From Spirochaetia bacterium (lineage in GTDB: Bacteria; Spirochaetota; Spirochaetia; UBA9216): a stretch of DNA of 64,000 nt. The stretch's first letter is position 1; each line of letters begins with the position of its first letter. The stretch is taken from positions 3,968,001-4,032,000 of the forward strand of contig OY776510.1 of the NCBI GenBank assembly GCA_963675665.1. The letters run 5' to 3'. A model generated the notes under the pieces. The model did no database searches. It was not told where the DNA came from and saw only the letters and a program-made list of their open reading frames with translations. The position numbers were made by a program, and so were the translations under genes. Below, in pieces: positions 10,571 to 20,678 of the stretch.

Positions 10571-11032
10571 CTATCTCCTCCCTATTTCAAGAGCCTTCAG
10601 AAACATTGATTTTGAACCGTCGACAACCGCCACGTTAGCTTCATAGGAACGCGACGCAGAAATCATATCAACCATTTCATCAACAATGTTGACATTAGGC
10701 ATTTCTACATAGCCGGCCTTGGGGCCGACCTTTATTGCATCAGGATGCGTAGGATCATACTGGTACCGCATCTCGCTGTCCATATCCTTTTCAACCTTGG
10801 AAACCTCAACGCCTTTGCCAACCCGGTTCTGCAGTTTTTCAGGCAAAAAAGGACTGCGCCAGTACGGCTGCGACACTTCAGGCTTGAAAATCACTCGGCT
10901 ACGGCGGAAAGCCCCGCCTTCAGGAGTTCTGGTTGTTTCGGCATTTGCAATATTGTCCGATATTACATCCAGCCGCATCCGCTGGGCGCTCATTCCCGAT
11001 GCTGCCGTATTAATACTTGTAAAAAGTCCCAT
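10571..11032 (-). CDS. flgC: Flagellar basal-body rod protein FlgC
   Basis: ASGMSAQRMRLDVISDNIANA, YDPTHPDA, MPNVNIVDEMVDMISASRSYEAN. Confidence 0.97.
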   Translation of the reverse strand: MGLFTSINTAASGMSAQRMRLDVISDNIANAETTRTPEGGAFRRSRVIFKPEVSQPYWRSPFLPEKLQNRVGKGVEVSKVEKDMDSEMRYQYDPTHPDAIKVGPKAGYVEMPNVNIVDEMVDMISASRSYEANVAVVDGSKSMFLKALEIGRR

Positions 11033-11042
11033 CTACGCCCTC

Positions 11043-11459
11043 CTAACTCGTTACTTTTGTTATCTGGTAAAACTGGTTTGAAATCGATGTCGTCAGAAGA
11101 TTGTACTGAAGCTGATTCTGCAGGGCAAGCATTAATTCCTCTTCGGCATCAACATTATTTCCGTTATTGTCCGACTGTGTCAGGTAATCAAGCACCTTTC
11201 GGGGTTTGACTTCTTTCCAGTCCTGAACCTTGTTAAAGGATATATGCTTTGAATTGGTTATTGAAGCTTCCATACCCGTCTGCTTTTCGGAATCAAGCGC
11301 TCTTTTAAGTTCTGATTCGAAATTAACGACTGAGCGTTTAAAATTAGGCGTATCTGCATTTGCTATATTGTCGGAAATTACCGAACGCCTGTACAGACTG
11401 ACATCCATGGATCTGTGCAGAAGCTCCAAATCCTTTCCGAAACTGTTGTTCAAAAACAT
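11043..11459 (-). CDS. flgB: Flagellar basal-body rod protein FlgB
   Basis: SDNIANADTPNFK and NGNNVD motifs; start refined to ATG 11459. Confidence 0.95.
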   Translation of the reverse strand: MFLNNSFGKDLELLHRSMDVSLYRRSVISDNIANADTPNFKRSVVNFESELKRALDSEKQTGMEASITNSKHISFNKVQDWKEVKPRKVLDYLTQSDNNGNNVDAEEELMLALQNQLQYNLLTTSISNQFYQITKVTS

Positions 11460-11464
11460 AAACC

Positions 11465-11596
11465 CTCCCAATCAACGCCACGGATGGCGTTAAATAATTC
11501 GAAGTTTGACTTTCAAACTTCAGAATCAAATCGGACACGGATGTCCGGTTTGATTATCTCCCAATCAACGCCACGGATGGCGTTAAATAATTCGAA
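11465..11596. repeat. Two exact 39-bp direct repeats (11465-11503, 11558-11596) with interleaved hairpins
   Basis: CTCCCAATCAACGCCACGGATGGCGTTAAATAATTCGAA occurs twice. Each copy contains the hairpin AACGCCA-CGGA-TGGCGTT, and two more hairpins lie between the copies. Confidence 0.9.
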
Positions 11597-11633
11597 AGGC
11601 GGTTCATTTTAATAAAACCGGCCTTCATCTTGA

Positions 11634-11660
11634 TTCTCGGCATTATATTTCGCCTTCTTA
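11634..11660 (-). promoter_or_regulatory. Sigma-28 (FliA)-type promoter upstream of flgB
   Basis: Minus strand reads TAAG-N15-GCCGAGAA versus consensus TAAA-N15-GCCGATAA; lies in the hslU-flgB spacer. Confidence 0.7.
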
Positions 11661-11677
11661 GCGAAATCTGCCGGTCA

Positions 11678-13195
11678 TTAAAGTATATACCTGGACAAAT
11701 CCTGATCTTCCTGTACGTTTTTCAGCCTTTCATCAACATACTCAGGCGTAATCCTGATTGTCTGGCCCTGAAGATCCGGTGCATTAAACGAAACATCTTC
11801 AAGCAGCAGCTCAAGAATGGTGTGCAGCCTTCTTGCACCTATATTCTCCGTCTGTGAATTTACAGCGCCGGCAATTTCAGACATGCTTATAATCGACTCA
11901 GGTGTAAATTCAAGCCTGACATCTTCCGTTTCAAGAAGCGCAGTATACTGCTTTATAAGCGCGTTCCTGGGCTGCGTCAGTATGCGCTCAAAATCTTTCG
12001 CAGTAAGATCGTCAAGTTCAACCCGAAGCGGGAATCGTCCCTGCAGTTCGGGTATAAGGTCCGACGGCTTGCTCATATGAAACGCGCCGGCTGCGATAAA
12101 CAGGATGTGGGAGGTGTCCACCATACCGTACTTGGTATTTACCTTTGAGCCCTCGACTATCGGCAGAATATCTCTCTGAACGCCTTCCCTGCTCACTTCA
12201 GCACTGCCGCCGCGTCCTTCCTTTGCAGCAATTTTATCAATTTCATCAATGAAAATTATTCCCATCTGCTGCGTGCGGTCACGGGCAATTTCATTAACCC
12301 TTTCCTGATCAATAAGCTTGTCAAGTTCTTCCGCCATAAGAATGTCGCGCGCCCTGCTGACGGTAACCTTTCTTTTTTTCTTCTTGCCGCCGAACATCGG
12401 TATCGCCGCAATATTGATGCCCATATCTTCGAGGTTCATTCCTGAAAACATATCCATTGCTCCGGTCGGCGTGCCGGTTACAAGCACTTCAACTTCCTTG
12501 TCTTCAAGCTTGCCGTCCCGAAGCATCTTTCTGAATTTCTCGCGGGTTGTCGCACCGGCCCCGCTGTCAGCCTTCTCCGAAGAAGCCCGGCATTCATTGT
12601 CTTTCAAAGGTTCGCCGGGTCCGGGAAGATTTATCACTTTCGGAGTTTCCCCGGATGCTGCAGATCCGCCGGCTGAACCGGATCCGCCGGTTAGACTACT
12701 GAAAATACTGCCCAGGTTTATTCCGCCTCCCTGATCATTTTCCGATCCGGTCCTCTTTTTCCTGCCGACTCCCGGCAGAAGCAGATCGAGAATTGCCTCT
12801 TCGGTGCGGATTTCAGCTTCAGCCCGGACATCTTCTTCCATTTCCTTTTTAACCATGCCGACGGCCACGCTCATCAGATCACGTATCATTGACTCAACAT
12901 CACGTCCGACATATCCGACTTCAGTATATTTTGTAGCTTCAACCTTTACAAACGGAGCTTTTACAAGTTTAGAAAGCCGCCTTGCTATTTCTGTTTTGCC
13001 GACACCTGTAGGTCCAATCATTATTATGTTTTTCGGGGCAATCTCCTCCCTCATTTCCTGGGGAAGCATCTGCCGTCTCATCCGGTTCCGCAGCGCAATA
13101 GCCACCGATTTCTTGGCTTTATCCTGCCCGATTATATATTTATCGAGTTCTTCGACTATCTGTTTCGGCGTAAGTTTTTCAATACCTTCAATCAT
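11678..13195 (-). CDS. hslU: ATP-dependent protease ATPase subunit HslU
   Basis: [50 protein letters not shown]; start refined to ATG 13195, overlapping the hslV stop. Confidence 0.97.
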   Translation of the reverse strand: MIEGIEKLTPKQIVEELDKYIIGQDKAKKSVAIALRNRMRRQMLPQEMREEIAPKNIIMIGPTGVGKTEIARRLSKLVKAPFVKVEATKYTEVGYVGRDVESMIRDLMSVAVGMVKKEMEEDVRAEAEIRTEEAILDLLLPGVGRKKRTGSENDQGGGINLGSIFSSLTGGSGSAGGSAASGETPKVINLPGPGEPLKDNECRASSEKADSGAGATTREKFRKMLRDGKLEDKEVEVLVTGTPTGAMDMFSGMNLEDMGINIAAIPMFGGKKKKRKVTVSRARDILMAEELDKLIDQERVNEIARDRTQQMGIIFIDEIDKIAAKEGRGGSAEVSREGVQRDILPIVEGSKVNTKYGMVDTSHILFIAAGAFHMSKPSDLIPELQGRFPLRVELDDLTAKDFERILTQPRNALIKQYTALLETEDVRLEFTPESIISMSEIAGAVNSQTENIGARRLHTILELLLEDVSFNAPDLQGQTIRITPEYVDERLKNVQEDQDLSRYIL

Positions 13196-13731
13196 TGAAC
13201 TTCCTCCACATTGAAGCTGCTGTTGGTGTAGATACATATTCTGGAAGCTATCTCCATTGATTTTAACGCTATTTCCCTTGCCGACAAAACTGATCCGGAG
13301 GACATATAAGCCAGGGCGGCCGCATACGCATAGTTTCCGCCGGAGCCTATTGCAAGAACACCTTCTTCAGGTTCAATAACATCGCCGTTTCCGGAAATCA
13401 GCAGAATTTTATCTTTGTCCGCGACAAGCAGCATTGCTTCAAGCTTGCTGAGCATACGATCCGTCCGCCATTGTTTTGCCAGCTCTACTGCCGCCCGGGT
13501 AATATCTCCGTTATACTCATTTACTTTTCCTTCAAATCTTTCAAAAAGAGTGAATGCATCAGCAGTCGCGCCTGCAAAACCCGTAAGAATTTTACCTCCG
13601 TAGATTGTTTTAACCTTTCGGGCGTTTCCCTTCATCACTGTCTCGCCAAGTGTAACCTGGCCGTCTCCGGCCATTGCAACCTTATTATCTTTTTTTACTG
13701 CTATTATGGTAGTTGATCTAACCTTCATCAT
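13192..13731 (-). CDS. hslV: ATP-dependent protease subunit HslV
   Basis: STTII N-terminal Thr, [22 protein letters not shown]. Confidence 0.97.
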   Translation of the reverse strand: MMKVRSTTIIAVKKDNKVAMAGDGQVTLGETVMKGNARKVKTIYGGKILTGFAGATADAFTLFERFEGKVNEYNGDITRAAVELAKQWRTDRMLSKLEAMLLVADKDKILLISGNGDVIEPEEGVLAIGSGGNYAYAAALAYMSSGSVLSAREIALKSMEIASRICIYTNSSFNVEEVQ

Positions 13732-14633
13732 TTTACTCCGTTGTGCCTCACCTCAGCATGAGGATGCGCCTTTTTATAAACATCGCGCAATTTTTCAATA
13801 CCCATATGGGTATAAATCTGGGTAGTGGATAAACTTTCATGTCCCAGCATTTCCTGTACTATCCTGATGTCCGCTCCATGGTCAATAAGATGCGTTGCGA
13901 AACTGTGTCTGAATGTATGCGGACTGATTCTTTTTGCTATTCCCGATTTACGTACATATTTTTCGATAATCAGCGCTATTCCACGCTGGGTAATCCGGTT
14001 GCCGCGAAGATTTATCAGAAGGGCATTGACCGAATCTGAATCGCCTTTGTCTGCACGTATATTCTTCAGTGGAAGATATTCCTTAAGACAGTCGACGGAG
14101 CTTCGTCCGAGGTAAACAATCCGTTCCTTGCCGCCCTTTCCTGAAACCCTGATACATCTTTCACGAAGATCAATATCTGAAATATTAATTGAAGCGGCTT
14201 CCGATACGCGGCATCCGGTTGAATACAGAAGTTCAAGAATCAATCTGTCGCGCAAACCGGCAAAACCTTTTCCGGTAAGATTAAGAAGCAGCTCAATTTC
14301 ATTCTCAAACATGTAATCAGGAAGCCGTCGGCCCTGTTTCAGGCTTTTAATATTTTCAAACGGATTCAATTCAACTTCTCCGCCGGCAAGCAGCCAGGTG
14401 TAATATCCTTTCATGGATGATAATATTCTGTTTACAGAGGTTTTTGCCATTCCCTGCTCCGACAGGCCCGCAATAAATCTCCTTGCGCAACTGTAATCGA
14501 GAGTGAATTCATCCAGATTTTCCGAGTCGAGATATTTTTCCAGTTTTCCGAGATCTTCAGCATAAGCGCGGGCTGTTTCAGATGAGTAGTTTTTTACAGT
14601 TCTCAGATACAGGAGATACTCTTCAGACTTCAT
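13728..14633 (-). CDS. xerC: Tyrosine recombinase, XerC/CodV-like
   Basis: [38 protein letters not shown]; sits in the topA-xerC-hslVU order. Confidence 0.85.
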   Translation of the reverse strand: MKSEEYLLYLRTVKNYSSETARAYAEDLGKLEKYLDSENLDEFTLDYSCARRFIAGLSEQGMAKTSVNRILSSMKGYYTWLLAGGEVELNPFENIKSLKQGRRLPDYMFENEIELLLNLTGKGFAGLRDRLILELLYSTGCRVSEAASINISDIDLRERCIRVSGKGGKERIVYLGRSSVDCLKEYLPLKNIRADKGDSDSVNALLINLRGNRITQRGIALIIEKYVRKSGIAKRISPHTFRHSFATHLIDHGADIRIVQEMLGHESLSTTQIYTHMGIEKLRDVYKKAHPHAEVRHNGVK

Positions 14634-16744
14634 TCGGCTAATTCCGCCTCCTTCTCCAACAGCTCACTGTCATGAGTATGAAGAAAATCACAATCCGGAT
14701 TAATACAGGCTTTTACAGTGCCGGTTTTCTTGTCGTTCTTCTCTACAAGAAAATATCCGCATTTTGGGCATTTTGAACTCGTCGGTTTAAAATGTGATAT
14801 AAAATCGCATTCGGGATAATTGGTACAACCGTAAAATTCCTTTCCCTTTCCGCCTGCTTTTTTCCTGGCCACTATTTTCCCGTCGCAACCTTCACGCGGG
14901 CAGTCGGCAAGAGGCACCGCCTTTGTATTGCGGCATTCAGGAAAACCTGAACATGCAAGAAAGAACCCGAACCGTCCGAGTTTTTTAACCATCGGTTTGC
15001 CGCATTTTTCACAAACTTCATCGGTAGGCTCGTCAAGAACACCCTTTATTGATTCAAGCGTTTCATTTACATGTTCAACCTGCTTAATAAACGGGTTATA
15101 AAAACGTCCTATCATTTTATGCCATTCAAGCCCTTCAATTTCCACACGGTCCAGATTTCGTTCCATTTCGGCTGTAAATTCCTGGTTAACAACATCCGGA
15201 AACTGGGTCGACAACATCTCGGAAATAATTTTTCCGAGCGTGGTCGGCTGAAGCTGCTTATTCCTCCGGACTACATAGTACCTGTCCAGAAGGACCGATA
15301 TTATCGGTGCATAGGTTGACGGCCTTCCGATACCGTTTTCTTCCAGCATTTTAACAATACTTGCGTCGGTGAATCGCGACGGTCCGGTCGTAAAATGCTG
15401 ATTTGCATTAAAATCCAGAACCTCAAGTTTTTCGCCTTCTTTTAAAACAGGAACTTTGGCTGTTTTTTCCTTTGATTTCAACAGCTTGATGACCTTCTGA
15501 AATCCCTTTACAACCGATTTTGTAGAGCTTACCCTGAATACGGCATCCTTCACTGTTATTTCATATGATGTTGTAAGTGTTTTTGCATTAACCATCTGGC
15601 AGGCGACAAACCTTTCCCAGATAATCGAGTACAGTTTAAGCTGATCTCTTGTCAGGTGACCTTTTATATCATCGGGCGTATATATCACGTAAGTTGGACG
15701 AATTGCTTCATGGGCATCCTGGGCGTTTTTCTTTACCAGATATGATGCCGGTTTTTCAGGAAGATCTTCCGGATGGTTCTTTTCAATCCATTCCCTGACC
15801 TCGGTTATAGCCTGGTCTGAAATTCTTGTTGAATCCGTTCTCATGTATGTTATAAGACCGACACGGCTTGAGTCGATATTAATACCTTCATACAGCTGCT
15901 GCGCTATCTGCATGGTTTTGCGTGAAGTAAAACCAAGCCTGTTGGCTGCGGTCTGCTGTAATGTCGAGGTTGTAAAGGGGGCCTTCGGTTTAAGCTGTTT
16001 TTCAGTTCCTTTCACCAGTGTTACGCTGGCTTCAGCATTTTTCAGTTCGCTTATTATGCGTTCAACTTCAGCCTCGTCCTTAATATCAACTTTGTCTCCT
16101 TTATACTGCACCATCTGGGCTTCAAAAGAACTCTTCCCCTTTGCAAATCCACCGTCAAGCGACCAGTACTCTTCAGGTATAAAACTCTCGACAAGCTTCT
16201 CCCTGTCGCAAATAAGTTTCAGCGCAACCGACTGAACACGCCCCGCCGACAATCCGTTCTTTACTTTAGACCATAAAAGAGGAGACAGATTGTAGCCGAC
16301 CAGCCGATCCAGAACCCTTCTGGCTTTTTGAGCATTTACCTTGGGTTCGTTAATCTCCATCGGATGTCCAACCGCTTCTTTGATGGCCGCAGGTGTAATC
16401 TCGTTAAAGACTATTCTTTCAATTTTGAGATTTTCATTCTTTTTAATAAGAGAATTACGTAAATGATAAGCGATAGCCTCACCCTCGCGGTCATTATCAG
16501 ATGCAAGCAGCACATGTCCCGCTTTATTTGCTTTTTTCTGAAGTTCCTTTAAGATTTTGGCCTTTCCACGCACCGTAATATATTCCGGCTCAAAATTGTT
16601 TTTTTCATCTATCGCAATCCTCGACTTGGGCAAATCAATAAGATGCCCCATCGAAGCCAGCACCATATAGCCGGGTCCTAGATATCTCTCAATGGTAGAA
16701 GCTTTTGCCGGTGACTCAACTATTAATAGAGTATGTACTTTCAT
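14630..16744 (-). CDS. topA: DNA topoisomerase I
   Basis: VESPAKA, DNDREGEAI, SAGRVQS, ITYMRTDS (catalytic Tyr), C-terminal zinc ribbons. Confidence 0.97.
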   Translation of the reverse strand: MKVHTLLIVESPAKASTIERYLGPGYMVLASMGHLIDLPKSRIAIDEKNNFEPEYITVRGKAKILKELQKKANKAGHVLLASDNDREGEAIAYHLRNSLIKKNENLKIERIVFNEITPAAIKEAVGHPMEINEPKVNAQKARRVLDRLVGYNLSPLLWSKVKNGLSAGRVQSVALKLICDREKLVESFIPEEYWSLDGGFAKGKSSFEAQMVQYKGDKVDIKDEAEVERIISELKNAEASVTLVKGTEKQLKPKAPFTTSTLQQTAANRLGFTSRKTMQIAQQLYEGINIDSSRVGLITYMRTDSTRISDQAITEVREWIEKNHPEDLPEKPASYLVKKNAQDAHEAIRPTYVIYTPDDIKGHLTRDQLKLYSIIWERFVACQMVNAKTLTTSYEITVKDAVFRVSSTKSVVKGFQKVIKLLKSKEKTAKVPVLKEGEKLEVLDFNANQHFTTGPSRFTDASIVKMLEENGIGRPSTYAPIISVLLDRYYVVRRNKQLQPTTLGKIISEMLSTQFPDVVNQEFTAEMERNLDRVEIEGLEWHKMIGRFYNPFIKQVEHVNETLESIKGVLDEPTDEVCEKCGKPMVKKLGRFGFFLACSGFPECRNTKAVPLADCPREGCDGKIVARKKAGGKGKEFYGCTNYPECDFISHFKPTSSKCPKCGYFLVEKNDKKTGTVKACINPDCDFLHTHDSELLEKEAELAE

Positions 16745-17769
16745 AGCATGGCTCTCCTGAAATTATTTCCGTTAAACATAATATTGCAACCTTCAAGTTC
16801 CTTCCGTAATCTGTCGGCCATTAAACTGCCGGCCTCGGCGGAAGTCATCTTTATTTCATTTTCCAACTTTCTGTCTCTTATTACCTCTTCGGTGATTCCC
16901 CACTCGGCAAGAATTTCACCTATATTGCCGATCACAGGAGCGCCTTCAAAGATCATCCTTTCGAATTTTCCGTTACGTCCTGTACCGGTCATGGATTTTA
17001 CCCCTATTTCATGCATAAAAAGATCTCTGCCCTGTTCAAGTGCAAAATCAGCAGTTATTAATGCACCGGAGCGTCCGGGGGCTTCGACTACAACTACCGC
17101 CCTCGATAATCCGCTGATAATCCTGTTCCGTTCAGGAAAGTGATGTTTCTGCGGCAATTCGCCCGGAAGGTATTCACTTAGAACAGCTCCGCCGTGTTCA
17201 AGGATCGAAGCGGCTATCCTGCGGTTTACCGCCGGATATATTCTGTCGGGTCCGCTTCCCAGAACGGCTACGGTACAGCCCCCGCCGGCAACCGCCCCCG
17301 AATGAGCTGCGCTGTCGATACCCATGGCAAGACCCGAAACAACAGGAATCCCGCAGCCTGCAAACTCAAAACCGAGTTTGAACGCCGCATCGAGTCCTGC
17401 GCCGGAAGCCAGCCTTGTACCTACCACCGCCGCAGAAGGTTTGTTCCATTGGGGAAGATTACCTCTGTAATAAAGCATGAACGGAGGGTTATAAATTTCA
17501 CCAAGCTGGGGCGGATAATTCTGCTGCTCAAAAAATAAACATTTTATATTGCCTGAGGCAAGTATCTTTTGCGCTTTCTCGGCCTCATTAAGCGCTTTTT
17601 TTAATGAATATTCCTTAATTTTATGACATCTGCCGGTTATCGATTCGATATCGTGAATATTCATGTTTTCCAGAACATCAATACTTCCGGCGATATCCCT
17701 GAGAAGGATTTTTTCAGCTGTTGTAAGAAAACGCATCCGGCTTACAAGAATGCTAAGCAAATCAGCCAT
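16741..17769 (-). CDS. dprA: DNA-processing protein DprA (Smf)
   Basis: VVGTR, VSGLAMGIDSAAH, FPERNRIISGLS, SGALITA..ALEQGR; start probably ATG 17769. Confidence 0.93.
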   Translation of the reverse strand: MADLLSILVSRMRFLTTAEKILLRDIAGSIDVLENMNIHDIESITGRCHKIKEYSLKKALNEAEKAQKILASGNIKCLFFEQQNYPPQLGEIYNPPFMLYYRGNLPQWNKPSAAVVGTRLASGAGLDAAFKLGFEFAGCGIPVVSGLAMGIDSAAHSGAVAGGGCTVAVLGSGPDRIYPAVNRRIAASILEHGGAVLSEYLPGELPQKHHFPERNRIISGLSRAVVVVEAPGRSGALITADFALEQGRDLFMHEIGVKSMTGTGRNGKFERMIFEGAPVIGNIGEILAEWGITEEVIRDRKLENEIKMTSAEAGSLMADRLRKELEGCNIMFNGNNFRRAML

Positions 17770-18487
17770 TGGTGTATCCTCCGACAACCTTCATCCTGTT
17801 CTCTTTTGCTTTTGCCCTGACAGCATCGTCTTTCGCATTTTCTTCAATACTTGAATAAAGCTCAATTGCCTTGTCGGTTTCGCCTTTAAGAATCCTGACC
17901 CGTGCCAGCATGAACATTGCGTCATAGTTGGTTCTGCTTCGGGCTATTAACCGCTCAAGAAAAGGCTCGGCTGCAAACGGTTTATTCATTTCAAATATAT
18001 AGAGAACCGAAATACCGTAAAGCGCTTCGTTATAGACAGGATCAAGAGCTATTGCACGAAGATAATACTGTTCAGCCGTCTCAAGGTATTCTGATGCTCT
18101 TTCATTATCAAAAACTGCTTTTGACATCTGGGCGGATGAAACCGCACCATAATAAAACAGCATGGGGCTTGTTGGAAAATATTCAACCGCTTTCTCAATA
18201 TTCTTCAGAGCCTCGTTATACATTTCAAGACTCATATACTCAAGCGCCAGCATCCGGTAATATATGCCTGTCTGTTTTGAAGATTTAATAGTCCGTTCAA
18301 CATCCCGGGAATAAAAAGAAACCCCTTTCTTGAGGTTTTCAATCCGTTCTTCGGGAATATTGCCGGATACGAATTCTTTTTTCTCGGCGGCAGAAAGGTT
18401 CTCAACCCAGGCCTTTTTGTCGCCGCTGCACGAACCGACAAGAACAAATGTGACAAGCAGAAAAACCAATAAAAAACTTGTTTTCAT
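17762..18487 (-). CDS. TPR-repeat lipoprotein
   Basis: Signal peptide with LVGSC lipobox; helical TPR-like repeats (YLRAIALDPVYNEALYG); start probably ATG 18487 after GAGGT. Confidence 0.75.
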   Translation of the reverse strand: MKTSFLLVFLLVTFVLVGSCSGDKKAWVENLSAAEKKEFVSGNIPEERIENLKKGVSFYSRDVERTIKSSKQTGIYYRMLALEYMSLEMYNEALKNIEKAVEYFPTSPMLFYYGAVSSAQMSKAVFDNERASEYLETAEQYYLRAIALDPVYNEALYGISVLYIFEMNKPFAAEPFLERLIARSRTNYDAMFMLARVRILKGETDKAIELYSSIEENAKDDAVRAKAKENRMKVVGGYTNG

Positions 18488-18502
18488 ATCATACCTCATC
18501 AT

Positions 18503-19411
18503 TCAGCCCCTTGGATGGTATTGCGCATGACTGTTCTTAAGGTCGTCCCTGCTCAGATGAGTATAAATCTGTGTTGTCGAAATATCCGTGTGCCCCAGCA
18601 GTTCCTGTACCGATCTTAGATCCGCTCCCCCCTGAAGCAGATGGGTCGCAAAAGAGTGCCTCAGGGTGTGTATCTTGGCCCTGACCCCGGCCTTTACGGC
18701 TATGGCCTGAAAGCGCTTCCACATTCCTTTTCTGCTGAGCGGTTGCCCCCGGTAATTAAGAAAAAGCATACTGCGCGAGTCCGCCGTCTGTTTCAGCATG
18801 GCCGGTCTGCCGTCCTCTATATACTTTCTCAGCCAGTAGGTCACCTCTCCTCCAAGCGGAATAAATCTGTCCTTGTCGCCCTTGCCCCGCACCCTGATTA
18901 ATCCTTCTTCAAGAAAAAGGTTTCCGAATGACAGGGTAACCGCTTCGGACACCCTCAGCCCGCAGGAATATATCAGTTCAAACAATGCCCGATCACGCAG
19001 CCCCGCCGGCTGGTCAATATCGATTACTGCAAGAAATTTATCAATATCCTCAATGCTCAATACTTCCGGAAGTTTTTTATTTAATTTCGGCATATCGACA
19101 TTTTTCGCAGGATTATCATCCCTAATCTTCTCGGAAACCAGGTAATTAAAAAAAGATCTCAATGAACTCAGGATTCTAGAAACAGTCCGGCTGCTCACCG
19201 CATTGCCCTGCTTTTCAGATATCTGCCTGAAGATCAGATAATCGGTTACATCCGAAGAGTTAATTGAAGCAAGCGACTCTGCCCGTCCATTGATATATTT
19301 GAGAAAACCGCCGCAGCCTCTTTTATAGGCATCAACCGTATTGCTGCTTAATCCGAGATCAATTTTTAAATAATCCACATAATCCGAAAGGATTCTGTCT
19401 ACATCCATCAT
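18503..19411 (-). CDS. xerD: Tyrosine recombinase, XerD-like
   Basis: [58 protein letters not shown]; start refined to lie below the ftsZ stop. Confidence 0.87.
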   Translation of the reverse strand: MMDVDRILSDYVDYLKIDLGLSSNTVDAYKRGCGGFLKYINGRAESLASINSSDVTDYLIFRQISEKQGNAVSSRTVSRILSSLRSFFNYLVSEKIRDDNPAKNVDMPKLNKKLPEVLSIEDIDKFLAVIDIDQPAGLRDRALFELIYSCGLRVSEAVTLSFGNLFLEEGLIRVRGKGDKDRFIPLGGEVTYWLRKYIEDGRPAMLKQTADSRSMLFLNYRGQPLSRKGMWKRFQAIAVKAGVRAKIHTLRHSFATHLLQGGADLRSVQELLGHTDISTTQIYTHLSRDDLKNSHAQYHPRG

Positions 19412-19424
19412 AAAACCGAAAGTA

Positions 19425-20600
19425 TCAGCTCTCGGTACCGAATTCAGATCTGAATACTGTAGGAATTCCGAGATCTTCGTCAAGACCGGAATTTCTTCTC
19501 GTTAAAGAAACAGTATTCCCTACTTTCGATAAACCCGACTGCATTTCCATCCATTGTTTATAATCAACAACTTCCTGGCTTTCAGATTCTGTTTCAAAAA
19601 CATCTGCAGAAGCTATTTCTTCATTTTCTTCACCGGCGCCTGTGGCAATTACCGTAACTTTGACCTCATCTTCAAGAGAAGGATCGGTTGCAGTTCCGGA
19701 AATAATCATGGCGTCTTCATCTGCATTGGTAGTAATAATATTCAGAATCTCTTCATATTCAGTAAGAGAAAAATTCTCACCGCCGGTAACACTGACCAGG
19801 ATTCCCTTTGCGCCTTCTATCCGTGCGTCTTCAAGAAGAGGATTATTAATTGCATTTGTCGCTGCGTCGACCGCCCTGTTGTCGCCGGAGCCTGTACCGA
19901 TACCCATCAGCGCATCGCCCTGCCCCTTCATTACTGTTCTGACGTCTGCAAAATCGATATTTATTTCACCGGCTTCTGTAATCAAATCGGATATACCCTG
20001 AACGCCCTGACGCAATACATCGTCAGCAATTCTGAACGCCTCTTTTATCGGAGTCTTGCGTTCAACAATTTTCAGAAGATACTGGTTCGGAATTATAATG
20101 AGCGTATCTACGGCCTGTCGGAGTTTTTCGATTCCCTGCTCGGCGAGTTTCATCTTCTTGGCGCCTTCAAAGGCAAACGGTTTTGTTACAACCGCCACGG
20201 TCAGCGCTTCAAGTTCTCTTGCAATCTGAGCAACAACAGCCGCTGCTCCGGTTCCGGTACCGCCGCCCATACCTGCTGTAATAAAAACCATATCAGCTCC
20301 GCGTAAAATATTACGCAGTTCCTCGGTACTTTCTATTGCGGCATTTTGTCCGATTTCCGGATTTCCGCCGGCACCGAGTCCTCCGGTAAGTTTTGTTCCA
20401 ATGGGCATTTTCATTTTGGCGCTTGACAGTTTAAGTGCCTGCAAATCGGTGTTTACAGCGATAAACTCTACATTTTTTAATCCGCTTGTGATCATTCGGT
20501 TAACTGCGTTGTTGCCTCCGCCGCCGACCCCGATGACCTTGATTACGGTGGGATTACCTGCATCGCCACCGAATTTGTCTTCGACCAGCTCAATATTCAT
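19425..20600 (-). CDS. ftsZ: Cell division protein FtsZ
   Basis: [19 protein letters not shown] tubulin signature, INIDFADV. Confidence 0.98.
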   Translation of the reverse strand: MNIELVEDKFGGDAGNPTVIKVIGVGGGGNNAVNRMITSGLKNVEFIAVNTDLQALKLSSAKMKMPIGTKLTGGLGAGGNPEIGQNAAIESTEELRNILRGADMVFITAGMGGGTGTGAAAVVAQIARELEALTVAVVTKPFAFEGAKKMKLAEQGIEKLRQAVDTLIIIPNQYLLKIVERKTPIKEAFRIADDVLRQGVQGISDLITEAGEINIDFADVRTVMKGQGDALMGIGTGSGDNRAVDAATNAINNPLLEDARIEGAKGILVSVTGGENFSLTEYEEILNIITTNADEDAMIISGTATDPSLEDEVKVTVIATGAGEENEEIASADVFETESESQEVVDYKQWMEMQSGLSKVGNTVSLTRRNSGLDEDLGIPTVFRSEFGTES

Positions 20601-20678
20601 TAGCCGCCCCCTCCCAGAAGCTTTTAAATATAATATAACGGTCCTTATAGTTTTTACCAGTAGAAAAACAGACCTTTT

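Noticed and set aside
11465-11596. 39-bp repeat / 54-bp spacer / 39-bp repeat as a mini CRISPR array
   Set aside because: Only two copies, the spacer is itself made of hairpins, the repeat includes the flgB RBS, and there are no cas genes in the window.
13728-19411. Two tyrosine recombinases flanking topA-dprA as an integrated element
   Set aside because: Both are ~300-aa XerC/XerD-type proteins, tightly coupled to housekeeping genes in the usual spirochaetal order; no att sites or cargo seen.
19554-20306. Long antisense ORFs (250 aa opposite ftsZ; also 43695-44297 and 55752-56348)
   Set aside because: Shadows of real genes on the other strand, with no motifs and atypical composition.
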